Positions 39,824 through 49,898 of a stretch of DNA of 64,000 nt are shown here, piece by piece. The DNA is from an uncultured Methanosarcinales archaeon (lineage in GTDB: Archaea; Nanobdellota; Nanobdellia; Woesearchaeales; UBA583), in the NCBI GenBank assembly GCA_964621065.1, contig CAZULG010000001.1, forward strand, positions 11,082-75,081, in the 5' to 3' direction. Both the position numbers and the translations under genes were made by a program. Every line of letters starts with the position of its first letter. The stretch's first letter is position 1. Under the pieces are notes generated by a model, which did not search any database, had not been told where the DNA came from, and saw only the letters and a program-made list of their open reading frames with translations.

Positions 39824-40291
39824 ATGAAAATACTATTTGGATGTGATCATGCAGGGTTTGAAAAAAAACATTTTGTATTTGAAGCGTTAGAATCTCTACA
39901 CTGTGAATATGAAGATATGGGTGTATATACCAAAGAGAAAGGTGATATGTATCCTAGAATTGCTAAAGATGTGTGCACAAGATATCTTAAAGATGATTCT
40001 ATGGATTTTGCAATATTAATGTGTGGAAGTGGGACTGGAATGGCAATTGCTGCGAATCGGATAAATGGTATTCGAGCAGTACTCTGTTACGATGAGTATT
40101 CTGCTAAAATGGCACGTTTAGACAATAATGCTAATGTGTTGTGTTTGCGCGCTCGAGAATTTGATAATAATTTATATTATCAAATTATTAAAAACTTTTT
40201 AGAAACAAATTTTAGTGAAGAAGAGAGACATAAAAAACGAGTTGAACAATTAGATATTGTCAACCACGAAGAATTTGATGAATTTAAGTAA
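39824..40291 (+). CDS. rpiB: Ribose-5-phosphate isomerase B (RpiB/LacAB family)
   Basis: MKILFGCDHAGFE..., MCGSGTGMAIAANR, NVLCLRAR. Confidence 0.8.
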   Translation: MKILFGCDHAGFEKKHFVFEALESLHCEYEDMGVYTKEKGDMYPRIAKDVCTRYLKDDSMDFAILMCGSGTGMAIAANRINGIRAVLCYDEYSAKMARLDNNANVLCLRAREFDNNLYYQIIKNFLETNFSEEERHKKRVEQLDIVNHEEFDEFK

Positions 40292-40342
40292 TTAATTTAA
40301 TGAATTATAATATTTGTTTTGTAATAAAAGATTAAAAAAATA

Positions 40343-41257
40343 TTAATTTTGTGGAGGACGTGGAGGCTCATTATTAAAACTACTTTCTGCTTGCTCCATA
40401 TTTTCTTGACTTGGAGTACTTGGTTGCTCACTTGAGAATCTCTTCATCGCGTCTTGTGTAGACATTCCTCGAATTTGTATATCTCGCAGCGCCTTTGTCA
40501 TTTCAATTGGTTCTTTATGTTGCCAAATATTTCTCCCAATTGCAAATCCAAACACACCACAATTATCTACTTCTTTAACTTGGTCTAAAAATTCTTGTGT
40601 TGTGTTTGTTTTATTTCCTCCTGCCATAAGCATTCTTGCTCGTCCACCACATCGAATTTGAGCTTTCATATCTTCAGGATTCCCATTATATTTCATCTTT
40701 AACATATCAGCTCCTAACTCAAGTCCAACTCGAGCTGAGTATTGCAGTGTTTGTGCATCAGTATCATTCTCTACAGCCTCTCCACGAGGATACATCCATG
40801 AAGTTACAGGAAGCCCATATTCATGTGCTTCTTCTTGAACATATCTAAAATCTTCAAAAATTTTAGCTTCGTGCTTGCTTCCAACAAAATTTGTAAATCC
40901 AATTGCACTAGCTCCCAACTCAACTGCTCGCTTTACAGAACACGTAAGAGGAGAGTAGGGATCATCATGCTTTCTCATCGCAGTTTTTCCATTCACTTTT
41001 AAAATTAAATTTGTCTTATAAGAATTTGCATATTTCTCAGCAAGTCCTTTTTGACAAATGAACCCATCAACTTCTCCTTTCTCAGCAACTGAGAATACGT
41101 GCTCTGGATTAATTGATGTTTCATCAAATTCATATACTCCATGCTCTAAACCTTGATCTTGAGCTAAGTATAACGCCTTATTATTTGTAGATAATTTCGT
41201 TGTAATTATCTTGTCAATTTCTTTTTGGTTATGAAATGAATATCCAAATAGTCCCAT
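40343..41257 (-). CDS. fba: Class I fructose-bisphosphate aldolase, archaeal DhnA type
   Basis: DhnA-family pattern including the Schiff-base lysine region LILKVNGKT and GADMLKMKY; the C-terminal ~40 aa is a low-complexity extension. Confidence 0.7.
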   Translation of the reverse strand: MGLFGYSFHNQKEIDKIITTKLSTNNKALYLAQDQGLEHGVYEFDETSINPEHVFSVAEKGEVDGFICQKGLAEKYANSYKTNLILKVNGKTAMRKHDDPYSPLTCSVKRAVELGASAIGFTNFVGSKHEAKIFEDFRYVQEEAHEYGLPVTSWMYPRGEAVENDTDAQTLQYSARVGLELGADMLKMKYNGNPEDMKAQIRCGGRARMLMAGGNKTNTTQEFLDQVKEVDNCGVFGFAIGRNIWQHKEPIEMTKALRDIQIRGMSTQDAMKRFSSEQPSTPSQENMEQAESSFNNEPPRPPQN

Positions 41258-41397
41258 ATTAATATATATTACAAAATTGTGAGATATTAATACTTTACAA
41301 CTATTATGTAGAGATAACTTATGAATTAGTAATAACTAAGAATTTGCATTTATTCTACAAATTTAATTAATTCAATTTAATTCTTATTAATTCATTA

Positions 41398-42210
41398 TTA
41401 ATTCATTATAAACATTGAAATATATTGTGGATAAAATGTGAATATGTATAAGAGTAGAGAGTATTTAATCGCTCTTGCAATTCCAACAAAATACAGATAT
41501 TTTAAAATTGGGTATTTTGAAGTTCCATAAATAATTGATATAAACTCAATTGGAGAAGGTAAAATATTTCCAAGAATTAAAATAATTCCTCCCCACCTAT
41601 TAACAATTTGTTCGTATTTGTAGAATTTTTGCTTGAGCCATAATTGTAATAATTTTCTTCCTAAAATTAACCCAATAATATAATTTACAAACATTGCAAC
41701 ACAATTTGCAATCACTAAGAGTAATACAATTAAAATAATATAATTATCAGACATTACATATTGTAAAAATAATAATTCTGAAGGAATTGATACAAAAAAA
41801 AGTGTCGATAAAAATCCGATAAATAACAATCCCCTAAGTGTCTTTAAATGCCACTCCCTTAAGACTTCTGAGAATAATGAAGCAAGAGGAGGGTATTGAT
41901 ATAAAATACTATAAAACAAAGATACAAGCGGTTGATGAAATACGTATAATAAAAGTAATATAAAACATAAAATTAAGAGTTTAAAAGAAAATAGTGTGAA
42001 AAATTTATTATAGATGTATTGCAAAAATGATTTATAATTTGTTGAATATGTCGTATGTTTAGAATTTCTTCTCGATGAATTATAGTGATTGTTATAAGAC
42101 TTCTTAGAGTTACGCAATCGATAAGAGTTATCTAAATTATTTGAATCTTCAATTTCATAATATGTATTTGTGTTCCTCTTCCACTTTGAAAATAAAGATT
42201 TTAATTTCAT
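41398..42210 (-). CDS. Hypothetical multi-TM membrane protein, possibly DedA/VTT-like
   Basis: Basic N-terminus then five or six TM helices; WGGIILILGNILPSPIEFISIIYG resembles the VTT-domain motif. Confidence 0.35.
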   Translation of the reverse strand: MKLKSLFSKWKRNTNTYYEIEDSNNLDNSYRLRNSKKSYNNHYNSSRRNSKHTTYSTNYKSFLQYIYNKFFTLFSFKLLILCFILLLLYVFHQPLVSLFYSILYQYPPLASLFSEVLREWHLKTLRGLLFIGFLSTLFFVSIPSELLFLQYVMSDNYIILIVLLLVIANCVAMFVNYIIGLILGRKLLQLWLKQKFYKYEQIVNRWGGIILILGNILPSPIEFISIIYGTSKYPILKYLYFVGIARAIKYSLLLYIFTFYPQYISMFIMN

Positions 42211-42263
42211 CTACTCTTTTATGAGTGAATTAAATTTATAAACTTTAATGTTCTTAAGATTTT

Positions 42264-43004
42264 ATGAAGTATCATATTTATTCTGATGATGTAGTTGATA
42301 GACCTCAAGAGGAACCATCTCCAAGAAGAACATCTCAAAATAGAATTCGCTACGAAGATATTGATCAATCGCGATATTCTCGAAGTAATTTTGGTGATGA
42401 CCCACAACCTCCAAGTCGTACAAGAAGATTCATCATATTTTTACACGTTGTTCTTATTTTAGGAGTGCTATTGTTGATTTACTTTGTTATTGTCTCTCCA
42501 TTTATTTTTGAAGATGATAATGATTTTCAACTTACAGGAGAACTCTCTAATTTTACTACTTCTTTGAATCAAACAATTGAATTAAACGCTCAAGAATACG
42601 AATTAGATATAGATAATAGAACAAATCTTGCAGGAAGTAAAGAGAGGTTTATTTTTTATAATTTCACAGGAGATTTATTTTTACAAAATAATACACTCAC
42701 GCTTATAGGTTCAACCCCTCTCATTCAAACTCAATCAAGCAAAATTAACGCAAAAAACCAACAAATTACGCTCTCATTTAGAAAAGGAGGAGTCCAATTA
42801 TTTTTAGAAACTATTTCAATGACTATTTCTAATAAACTAGATATTACCTACTCACCTGATTTATTATATTCAACAAATGAAGAAACCCAAATTTTAATAT
42901 CTAATTTTAGTGGAACATTCTCTCAAGACACACTCATAGGGCTTCGAGGGAATATAGGTTCATTTTCAATTGAAAATAATAATTCAAAATTGGAATTTGA
43001 GTAA
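42264..43004 (+). CDS. Hypothetical single-pass membrane protein
   Basis: Disordered Pro/Arg/Ser-rich cytoplasmic N-terminus, TM FIIFLHVVLILGVLLLIYFVIV, beta-rich ectodomain. Confidence 0.3.
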   Translation: MKYHIYSDDVVDRPQEEPSPRRTSQNRIRYEDIDQSRYSRSNFGDDPQPPSRTRRFIIFLHVVLILGVLLLIYFVIVSPFIFEDDNDFQLTGELSNFTTSLNQTIELNAQEYELDIDNRTNLAGSKERFIFYNFTGDLFLQNNTLTLIGSTPLIQTQSSKINAKNQQITLSFRKGGVQLFLETISMTISNKLDITYSPDLLYSTNEETQILISNFSGTFSQDTLIGLRGNIGSFSIENNNSKLEFE

Positions 43005-43032
43005 TTATTCATAATAAAAACTAACATCTATC

Positions 43033-43680
43033 TTAACTATCCTCAAATAATCTTGCATTAAATTCAAGATACCCAAGATTACCTACTCTTTCAACTAATT
43101 CATTAGCTTGTTCATAGTTAAGTCCTCTCTCACCACCCAATGAAAATATAACTTTTCCATGAAATGGATTAAAAAAACCTTCTAAATCTTCTGAAAGTCT
43201 TGAAATTTGCTCTAATGTAATTAAATCATCAAGATACACAGCTTTTTTTCCGTTTTTTTTTGTATTTGCACTCAATTCTTGTAATTGTAATTCTTGCTGT
43301 CGAGTGTCTTGAAAGTATCTAAAAGGATACCACATATTGGGAGAACCTTCTATAGCTCTTGATGTTTCAGGAATTGTTGAAACATTATCTCTAAAAAAAA
43401 ATGGTGGTATAGTAGAACCTTTATGAAAGGGAGAAGCTAGTAATAGATAATGTGCGAACATATCAACTCCAGATTCTTCGGTTGATAAACCAATATAAGG
43501 TCGAGGCTCTCCACTATGATAACTTGAATTTCTTAGTCTAGTCAATGACCCTAGAAGTTGTCCTATTCTCTTCGATTCAGTAGAAGCAATTAAAATATCA
43601 CCTGCCTCTGATTCATTTGGATTTACTTGACAATCATCATTAACTTTTAATCCTAAATTTTCAATCATAATAGAATTCAA
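43033..43680 (-). CDS. Hypothetical protein
   Basis: ORF only; co-directional with and downstream of orc1. Confidence 0.3.
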   Translation of the reverse strand: MNSIMIENLGLKVNDDCQVNPNESEAGDILIASTESKRIGQLLGSLTRLRNSSYHSGEPRPYIGLSTEESGVDMFAHYLLLASPFHKGSTIPPFFFRDNVSTIPETSRAIEGSPNMWYPFRYFQDTRQQELQLQELSANTKKNGKKAVYLDDLITLEQISRLSEDLEGFFNPFHGKVIFSLGGERGLNYEQANELVERVGNLGYLEFNARLFEDS

Positions 43681-43741
43681 AAAAATCAGAATTTATAAAT
43701 ATTTACTTTTTAGTAATGAATTTATGGTCTCATATCTATTA

Positions 43742-44302
43742 TTATATAGAAACTAGTAAATCTTCTAATTTATTTCTTCTGCGTTCATCTTTGGGTTCTG
43801 CTAAATATTTTATTAATCCATTAGTTTTATCTAAACCATATAATGTAGGATTCCATACAAAAATATTAAATTCATTATTTGTTCTTTGAAATTTTTTTCT
43901 TATTCGTGCAATTTGAGATTCATCTTCTTTAGAATTAGCTTTTTCTATATCTATTAATTTCACACCTTTTAAATCAACAATTCGATGATTGTCAATCTCT
44001 AGTAATTGTGAGATACTATCCTGTTCTGAATAACCACTTAATGTGAGTATTGAAACTAGACCTATTCCTCTATTCATCATAACACTCCTTGAATCACTCT
44101 GCCTATGTAATCGAAGCAGAGTATCTTGATTACTTCTTAAAATATTTATATCTTCAATTCCTTGTGTTGAATAGTGTGCAGAAGCCAGAGTAAGTCCACC
44201 GTACTGGATTCCTAAAATACAATCATTACAATTTCTATCAAACTTTTTTTTAACATCTTCAAGATTAGAATTTATTAATACTGGAGCATATTTCCCTTTC
44301 AT
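43742..44302 (-). CDS. Hypothetical protein
   Basis: ORF only; immediately downstream of orc1 on the same strand. Confidence 0.3.
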   Translation of the reverse strand: MKGKYAPVLINSNLEDVKKKFDRNCNDCILGIQYGGLTLASAHYSTQGIEDINILRSNQDTLLRLHRQSDSRSVMMNRGIGLVSILTLSGYSEQDSISQLLEIDNHRIVDLKGVKLIDIEKANSKEDESQIARIRKKFQRTNNEFNIFVWNPTLYGLDKTNGLIKYLAEPKDERRRNKLEDLLVSI

Positions 44303-44354
44303 AAGATAATTAATTAAATCAAATTTTTAAATGTTACTACTAACATTAAAAACT

Positions 44355-45689
44355 CTATCCAACACACAAATCTTCTTTTAATATTTCAAGAACTTCTTTA
44401 TGCATTGATTTAGGCAAACCTATTGAAATATATCGCGTTCTTCCATATCGTCCTTTGGAAACAACTTTTTCATTCACAATTCCTAAAACATCTAATTCGA
44501 CAACAATATCAGAAATTCTCCTCAATGTTAAAGATTGTATTCTCAAATCTTTTGTCAACTTATTATAAAAGTCAAACACTGAACCTGTTGTTGTTGGCTC
44601 AATCACTTGAGATTTTTTATTAGTAACTAAGTTATGCTTTTCTTTCATAGAGGTTTTAACAATTGAATATAATACCAATTGATAATGTTTTGGTTGTGAT
44701 TTAATAATGTCAATGATTCTATTTTTCTCACTCTTTTTATCAGCTTTATCAATATGGAGTGGAACAACATATGCACTCCCTTCTCGCTCTGCAATCTCGC
44801 CTGCATACTTTAATAATTCAAGTGCACGTCTTACATCTCCATGTTCTCTTGCCATGTATGCTGAGCATCGTGGAATAACTTCACTATCTAACACATTTTC
44901 TCTAAATGCTAAGTGTGCTCTATCGTTTAAAATATCTTGAATTTGTGTTGCATTATATGGTACAAATACGAGCTCTTCTTCGTTCAATGACGACTTAACA
45001 CGAGCATCCACACTATCCATAACAGTTAAATCATTTGTAATCCCAACTAAACACACTTCTGAACTTTTTAAATCAGGATTCAAACGAGTTAAATTATATA
45101 ACACATCGTCTCCTGCCTTTTTAATAAGAGCGTCTATTTCATCAAGAACTAAAATAATTGTTTGCTTCTCACTATCAAGTGCACGATATAAATCTTTATA
45201 TAACTCATTTGTAGAGTGACCGGTGTCTTTTCTCTCAACTCCAAACATTTTTAATATTTCAAGAAGCATTCTGTATTCAGTATCAGCCACTCGCTTTAAT
45301 TTGCAATTAATATTTAAGATTTTAAGAGGAATTTCTCGAGAATTTGCAACATTTCTCATTTTATTAAGCACATGATTGATACATAATGTTTTTCCTGTTC
45401 CTGTTTTTCCATATACAAATACATTAGAAGGTTTTTCATTTCTCAACGCAGGTGCGAGCATTTTCGCTAACTCATTTAAATATTCACTTCTGTGTTGAAT
45501 TCTTGGAGGCTGAAAATTAGACTGCAGAATTGATTTATCTTTAAAAATTGGTTTTGATGACATAAATTCCTCAAAATAATTATCCAGATCATCTTTAATT
45601 TCTTCTTGAATATTTGTATTTTTTTCATCAATATATGTGTTAGAAAAAGTTGTCAAGTCACTTGATTGTTCCATAAGAAATATAAACAT
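44355..45689 (-). CDS. orc1: Orc1/Cdc6 replication initiator
   Basis: AAA+ Walker A VFVYGKTGTGKT, Walker B ILVLDEIDAL, sensor motifs and a C-terminal winged helix. Confidence 0.85.
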   Translation of the reverse strand: MFIFLMEQSSDLTTFSNTYIDEKNTNIQEEIKDDLDNYFEEFMSSKPIFKDKSILQSNFQPPRIQHRSEYLNELAKMLAPALRNEKPSNVFVYGKTGTGKTLCINHVLNKMRNVANSREIPLKILNINCKLKRVADTEYRMLLEILKMFGVERKDTGHSTNELYKDLYRALDSEKQTIILVLDEIDALIKKAGDDVLYNLTRLNPDLKSSEVCLVGITNDLTVMDSVDARVKSSLNEEELVFVPYNATQIQDILNDRAHLAFRENVLDSEVIPRCSAYMAREHGDVRRALELLKYAGEIAEREGSAYVVPLHIDKADKKSEKNRIIDIIKSQPKHYQLVLYSIVKTSMKEKHNLVTNKKSQVIEPTTTGSVFDFYNKLTKDLRIQSLTLRRISDIVVELDVLGIVNEKVVSKGRYGRTRYISIGLPKSMHKEVLEILKEDLCVG

Positions 45690-45859
45690 TTCTACTGTTT
45701 ATAAAACTTTCTTGTTTCATTTAATTGTATCAAAAATGATTATAACTAATAGTTATTATTTTACAATTTTGTATATAAAAATTCAGATGTTTTTAATAAT
45801 GAGTGTTTTAACTTGACAACAGATGAAAATACTTATAAAATAATAAATCTATATATTTT

Positions 45860-46390
45860 GTGATGGAATCAAATAATAACTTTGAATCAACACTTAAAAA
45901 GTCTAAACAAAGAGCTAGAAAAGCCCTTCAGTCTCAAAACTTCACAGAGTTTTTTGTACTCAATGATAGGAGAAGAGTGATTGAATTCTTAGTTACTTCA
46001 AAAAATACAACGTTACTTGAATATTACTTTTTAGAATTACTCCCTCAAGAACTTAGAGAATTTGCAAAACTTGAGATAGTTAATGAGTCTGATGAAAAAA
46101 TTACTCACTGGTATTACACTGAAGAGTTAATTACACTCATATTTAAAATGAATTGGGGAAATGGTGCACAAGAAACAAGCATTGAAATTGATAGTGAACA
46201 GTTTGAATTTTTAATAACAAATACATCTTCAATAGGAATTCAAATGTTTAACTATAAATTATGCAGTACATTTTTAAAAAATATTGTAGAAACACAAGTA
46301 GATTTAATTACGAAAACATATCAAGATATTAAAGAAGAAAATTTTAAATATAACTCAAAGAATAAAAAATTAACACAATTTTTACAATAA
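45860..46390 (+). CDS. Hypothetical protein
   Basis: ORF only; divergent from orc1. Confidence 0.3.
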   Translation: MMESNNNFESTLKKSKQRARKALQSQNFTEFFVLNDRRRVIEFLVTSKNTTLLEYYFLELLPQELREFAKLEIVNESDEKITHWYYTEELITLIFKMNWGNGAQETSIEIDSEQFEFLITNTSSIGIQMFNYKLCSTFLKNIVETQVDLITKTYQDIKEENFKYNSKNKKLTQFLQ

Positions 46391-46493
46391 CTAGTCAAAA
46401 AACATAAAATAATGAAAAAATAATTCTAATAATTTTTTTTGTTTCATTAATTTTAGATAAAAAGTATAAATGATAATAATAAAATTTAAAAAA

Positions 46494-47057
46494 TTATTTA
46501 TATGATTTTACATCATATTTTTTGAACACTGTAATTAAATTTTTAATTGCAATATGGACATCTTTATCAGTTTTTGTACCCGTACATACAATTTTTCCAT
46601 TTCCAAAAATTAAAAATGTTGCACCAGTTTCATCATTGATTTTAAACACAAGTCCTGGAAATTGTTCAGGTTCATATTCTACATTTGTAAGTTTCACTGC
46701 AATTTCATTCAAATCAAGTTTCATATCAATATCACTTGAAGCAACCACATTTTCAACACGAATAACTGGTTTTACTGTAATTGTCACGTCTACTTTTGCC
46801 ATATACTCTATGAGTCTCTCAAGAGCCAAATCTACTTCTTCAAGTGACTTTGTACCTGTACACACTACTTTTCCTGAGCTAAAAATTAAAAAACTCGCTT
46901 TAGGTTCTCGAATTTTCATGATTAGACCTGGAAATTGTTCAGGATTATATTCTGTATTTGGTAAATCCATAATCAATCTCTCTAGAGGAATTTTGTGTTC
47001 AAGAGATGTTGATATTACAATATTTACAATTTTTGTGTTTGCATTTATACTTTCCAT
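46494..47057 (-). CDS. tbp: TATA-box binding protein
   Basis: Two imperfect direct repeats, each with EQFPGLIMKI.../EQFPGLVFKI... and ...LIFSSGKVVCTGTKS/LIFGNGKIVCTGTKT. Confidence 0.9.
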   Translation of the reverse strand: MESINANTKIVNIVISTSLEHKIPLERLIMDLPNTEYNPEQFPGLIMKIREPKASFLIFSSGKVVCTGTKSLEEVDLALERLIEYMAKVDVTITVKPVIRVENVVASSDIDMKLDLNEIAVKLTNVEYEPEQFPGLVFKINDETGATFLIFGNGKIVCTGTKTDKDVHIAIKNLITVFKKYDVKSYK

Positions 47058-47094
47058 TTTTTTATTATTATTTATAATTTACGATTTGAAGAAT

Positions 47095-47367
47095 TTATAA
47101 TCTATCCATTTTCAATAGATTAACTTCTCCTGCGATTTCAATTTCAGCGAGTTTATTTTCTAACTCTTCAGAACCAAGTGTTTCATTTAACTCAACTTCT
47201 ACTCTCACAGCTTGAAGTCCAAAACCTACATTTTGAGCTTCAATTGCTTTTACTTTTAAAGATTCATCATAGTTTTCTACAACATATTTTACACTATCTT
47301 CAAGATTCTGGTATTCAGTCTCCCCATCTTCGGGCATTACTCGAAATTCTAATATCATATTCGCCAT
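47095..47367 (-). CDS. ef1b: Translation elongation factor aEF-1 beta
   Basis: 90 aa; ILEFRVMPEDGETEY...AIEAQNVGFGLQAVRVEV is the archaeal EF-1beta pattern. Confidence 0.8.
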   Translation of the reverse strand: MANMILEFRVMPEDGETEYQNLEDSVKYVVENYDESLKVKAIEAQNVGFGLQAVRVEVELNETLGSEELENKLAEIEIAGEVNLLKMDRL

Positions 47368-47439
47368 TATAATAATATTTATAAATGAGTATTTATAAAG
47401 GTTGCGTAATTATTATAAATAAATTGAATACTTTATAAA

Positions 47440-47591
47440 CAGCTTTTCAAAAAAACAAGGTCGCTCTTTTCAATCGTTCGTTGTATTAATCTTAAGATGA
47501 ATATTTGTGCAAAAAAATTGTTTTCGCTAAGCTCAAACTCCTAATTCTAGTAGCGAAACTACTAATATCTACTTCAAGTAACGAAGTTACT
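47440..47591. repeat. Conserved 3'-flanking element shared with the ABCE1 downstream region (30711-30820)
   Basis: ...CGTTCGTT...TTGTGCAAAAAAAYTGYTYTCGCTA..CTCAA.C.CCTAA.TTC...AGYAACGAAGTTRCT is shared; the terminal hairpin 47577-47591 spans the DP2 stop codon; a second hairpin TAGTAGCGAAACTACTA lies at ~47550-47566. Confidence 0.5.
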
Positions 47592-49854
47592 TTCCAAAAT
47601 AATCTCCAAGTCCTTTTTGTTTCTCAAGCTCCTTTCCAAATACTCCTTCCATTCTCAAATTTACAAGTTCTAAACTCTCAACAATGTATGGATCAACTCG
47701 AAAATCTTTTGTGATTTTAAATGATGGAGCTAAATATTTTTTAATTGAACCTTCATGAATTGTGAAATTAATAGAAGTTGAATAACAATTAGAACATCTC
47801 CCATTCAATGGAGGCCTTCTGTAAATAGTATTACAACTTGTACATCGAAAACTCTGCATTCCAAATTTTCTCAAATTTCCTTTAATGTCTTTCATAAAAT
47901 GCTTATCAATCACTAGCTCTCCCACTTTATTCTCATCAACAGCTCGAATTTTTCGCCCAATTTCTAATTGTTCTGATAATTTTTCTGCCATTGAAGGAAG
48001 TGTTTTATATGAAGAACACAAAATCGTATCATTCATATCATCAGTATCATGCGTAAAAAAATATCCTAAATATTCCTCATCTTTAATTTCTTTCCCTATT
48101 CTATTCTCAACATGCTCAATTTTTACACTTTTAGGAGGAGCGTATTCTCTACAAGCTTTATAAAAATTAAGAGGATAAAATGGAACAATATCCATCCCAT
48201 GAACCTCATCATCAATCTGATCCAAATACAAATGAGAAGTTAATACTAATGATACATCCATTGTCTTAGAACCTCTTCTATTTGGTAAAAATTCACGTGA
48301 CCCGTTTAATAACCCATCTAATAAAAGCATCACTCCGTTCTCATCTCCATCTAAATTACGCCTCTGAGCAGCGTGCCAAACAGGGTGAGAAAAACAACCT
48401 TGAGATTTTGAATATCCAATAATTCTCCCCGTAATACCTGCAGAAGTATGAGGAGCAAGCCCAATTATTATATGCCCAATTGTATCTTCTTTTGATTTAA
48501 AATTATAGTATGGTTGTTCTAAATAAATTTTCTCAAGCAACTCATCAATGAATTGTCCTGTTTTTACAATAATATCACTTGCTTTTTCTTCAAACCCTTC
48601 ATCACAATCAGGAAGTATAACATCTTGAGGAAAAATTTCAACAATTTGATTCTCATCTGTAAGTTCCTCTCCTTTGTAATCATGTGTGTATCCCATCTCT
48701 TTGAGTTTATCAATTGATGTTAAAATTTCTTTTGGCTTAAAGTGCGTAATTCCCATCTCAATCATATCATATCGAATCGTACCATCTTTATTGACATACA
48801 AATCATACTTCTCTCTCAAAAACGCTTTTTCTAAAATTTCAATTGATTTATGCTCATTTGCAGTTCCACGGATTCCTTTCACTATTTTAGGAAGTTGAGT
48901 AAGTTTCAAATTCTCTCTCACTTGTTTAATATAAGGCTCTAAATCTAAAGACATACGTTTGTATTGAACTGCTAATTCATCCTCTTTATTTACTCGAGCA
49001 CCTGTGTATCTATTAAAATATTGAGGAGTACATACTCCTCCACAATATACACATTTTGGATATACACATTCCTCCCCGCAACTCTGACACTCCATTAATC
49101 GAAATTCTCCACTGACCTCACCACCTTCATACGCCTCAATAATATTTCTCATTCGATTTTGTATAACATCTGAGCTGATTTCATCATCTCCAAATCGTCT
49201 TTCAATTTGAACTGACTTACCATTTCCAATTGTAAATAATCCTTGTGGACGACCATCTAGTTTTCTCAATTTTGCCTTCTCAGGACGCCCCATTCTTGCA
49301 CCAATATATGTTCCTGCTTTATCACGAATCTCAATTGATGAATACACATTAATAATTTCAAGCATGGACTTATTCAAATGTTCTCTACATAATTGCTCAA
49401 TATTTGAAAAGTGTGATATATATTTCTCAACTAATGATTGACTTTTAATTTCTCTCTCATCCTTAACATCAATCCACTCTAAAATACCACAATTAGATAT
49501 AAAAGCTAGAAATGAGTTGTCTTGAAACAAAATGGTATCAACTCCCTCTTCTTTTCCCATCCATTTGTGCTCAATTCCTAAATGCTCAAATTTATCTTTA
49601 TTACGTGTTTTAATTCCAAATAACTTTAACTCCTTATCAACATACAAATTTTGAAGTTCTCCAAACACATCAACCCCACGTTGAGGACTTAACTCATTAA
49701 AATAAAAAATATAGTGTGGATGCAGGGATACATCAAATTTTTGTGAGAGCATAATTGCATCCTTTAAAGATGGTTTAGAATAGAGAGGATTAGAAACATA
49801 CTGCTCGTATTTACTTTTGAGCGTTGAATTCAAAATGTAAAAAGAAAAATCCAT
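47587..49854 (-). CDS. DNA polymerase II (PolD) large subunit DP2, central and C-terminal portion only
   Basis: IGARMGRPEKAKLRKL, zinc fingers CQSCGEECVYPKCVYCGG and CTSCNTIYRRPPLNGRCSNC, catalytic region GLAPHTSAGITGRIIG...AAQRRNLDGDENGVMLLLDGLLN. At 755 aa it is far shorter than canonical DP2, and a stop codon lies 2 codons upstream of the ATG. Confidence 0.85.
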   Translation of the reverse strand: MDFSFYILNSTLKSKYEQYVSNPLYSKPSLKDAIMLSQKFDVSLHPHYIFYFNELSPQRGVDVFGELQNLYVDKELKLFGIKTRNKDKFEHLGIEHKWMGKEEGVDTILFQDNSFLAFISNCGILEWIDVKDEREIKSQSLVEKYISHFSNIEQLCREHLNKSMLEIINVYSSIEIRDKAGTYIGARMGRPEKAKLRKLDGRPQGLFTIGNGKSVQIERRFGDDEISSDVIQNRMRNIIEAYEGGEVSGEFRLMECQSCGEECVYPKCVYCGGVCTPQYFNRYTGARVNKEDELAVQYKRMSLDLEPYIKQVRENLKLTQLPKIVKGIRGTANEHKSIEILEKAFLREKYDLYVNKDGTIRYDMIEMGITHFKPKEILTSIDKLKEMGYTHDYKGEELTDENQIVEIFPQDVILPDCDEGFEEKASDIIVKTGQFIDELLEKIYLEQPYYNFKSKEDTIGHIIIGLAPHTSAGITGRIIGYSKSQGCFSHPVWHAAQRRNLDGDENGVMLLLDGLLNGSREFLPNRRGSKTMDVSLVLTSHLYLDQIDDEVHGMDIVPFYPLNFYKACREYAPPKSVKIEHVENRIGKEIKDEEYLGYFFTHDTDDMNDTILCSSYKTLPSMAEKLSEQLEIGRKIRAVDENKVGELVIDKHFMKDIKGNLRKFGMQSFRCTSCNTIYRRPPLNGRCSNCYSTSINFTIHEGSIKKYLAPSFKITKDFRVDPYIVESLELVNLRMEGVFGKELEKQKGLGDYFGK

Positions 49855-49898
49855 ACTCTACACAAATAAAAAAGACTATATAAAAATATCGTATCTGT

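Noticed and set aside
41280-41400. Short TTAATTCATTA-type reiterations upstream of the 41398..42210 gene
   Set aside because: Low-complexity AT-rich microsatellite-like sequence of a few copies, indistinguishable from background.
45690-45859. Replication origin (ORB/mini-ORB repeats) upstream of orc1
   Set aside because: No repeated ORB-like motif or dyad elements were visible; the region is only generic AT-rich promoter-like sequence.
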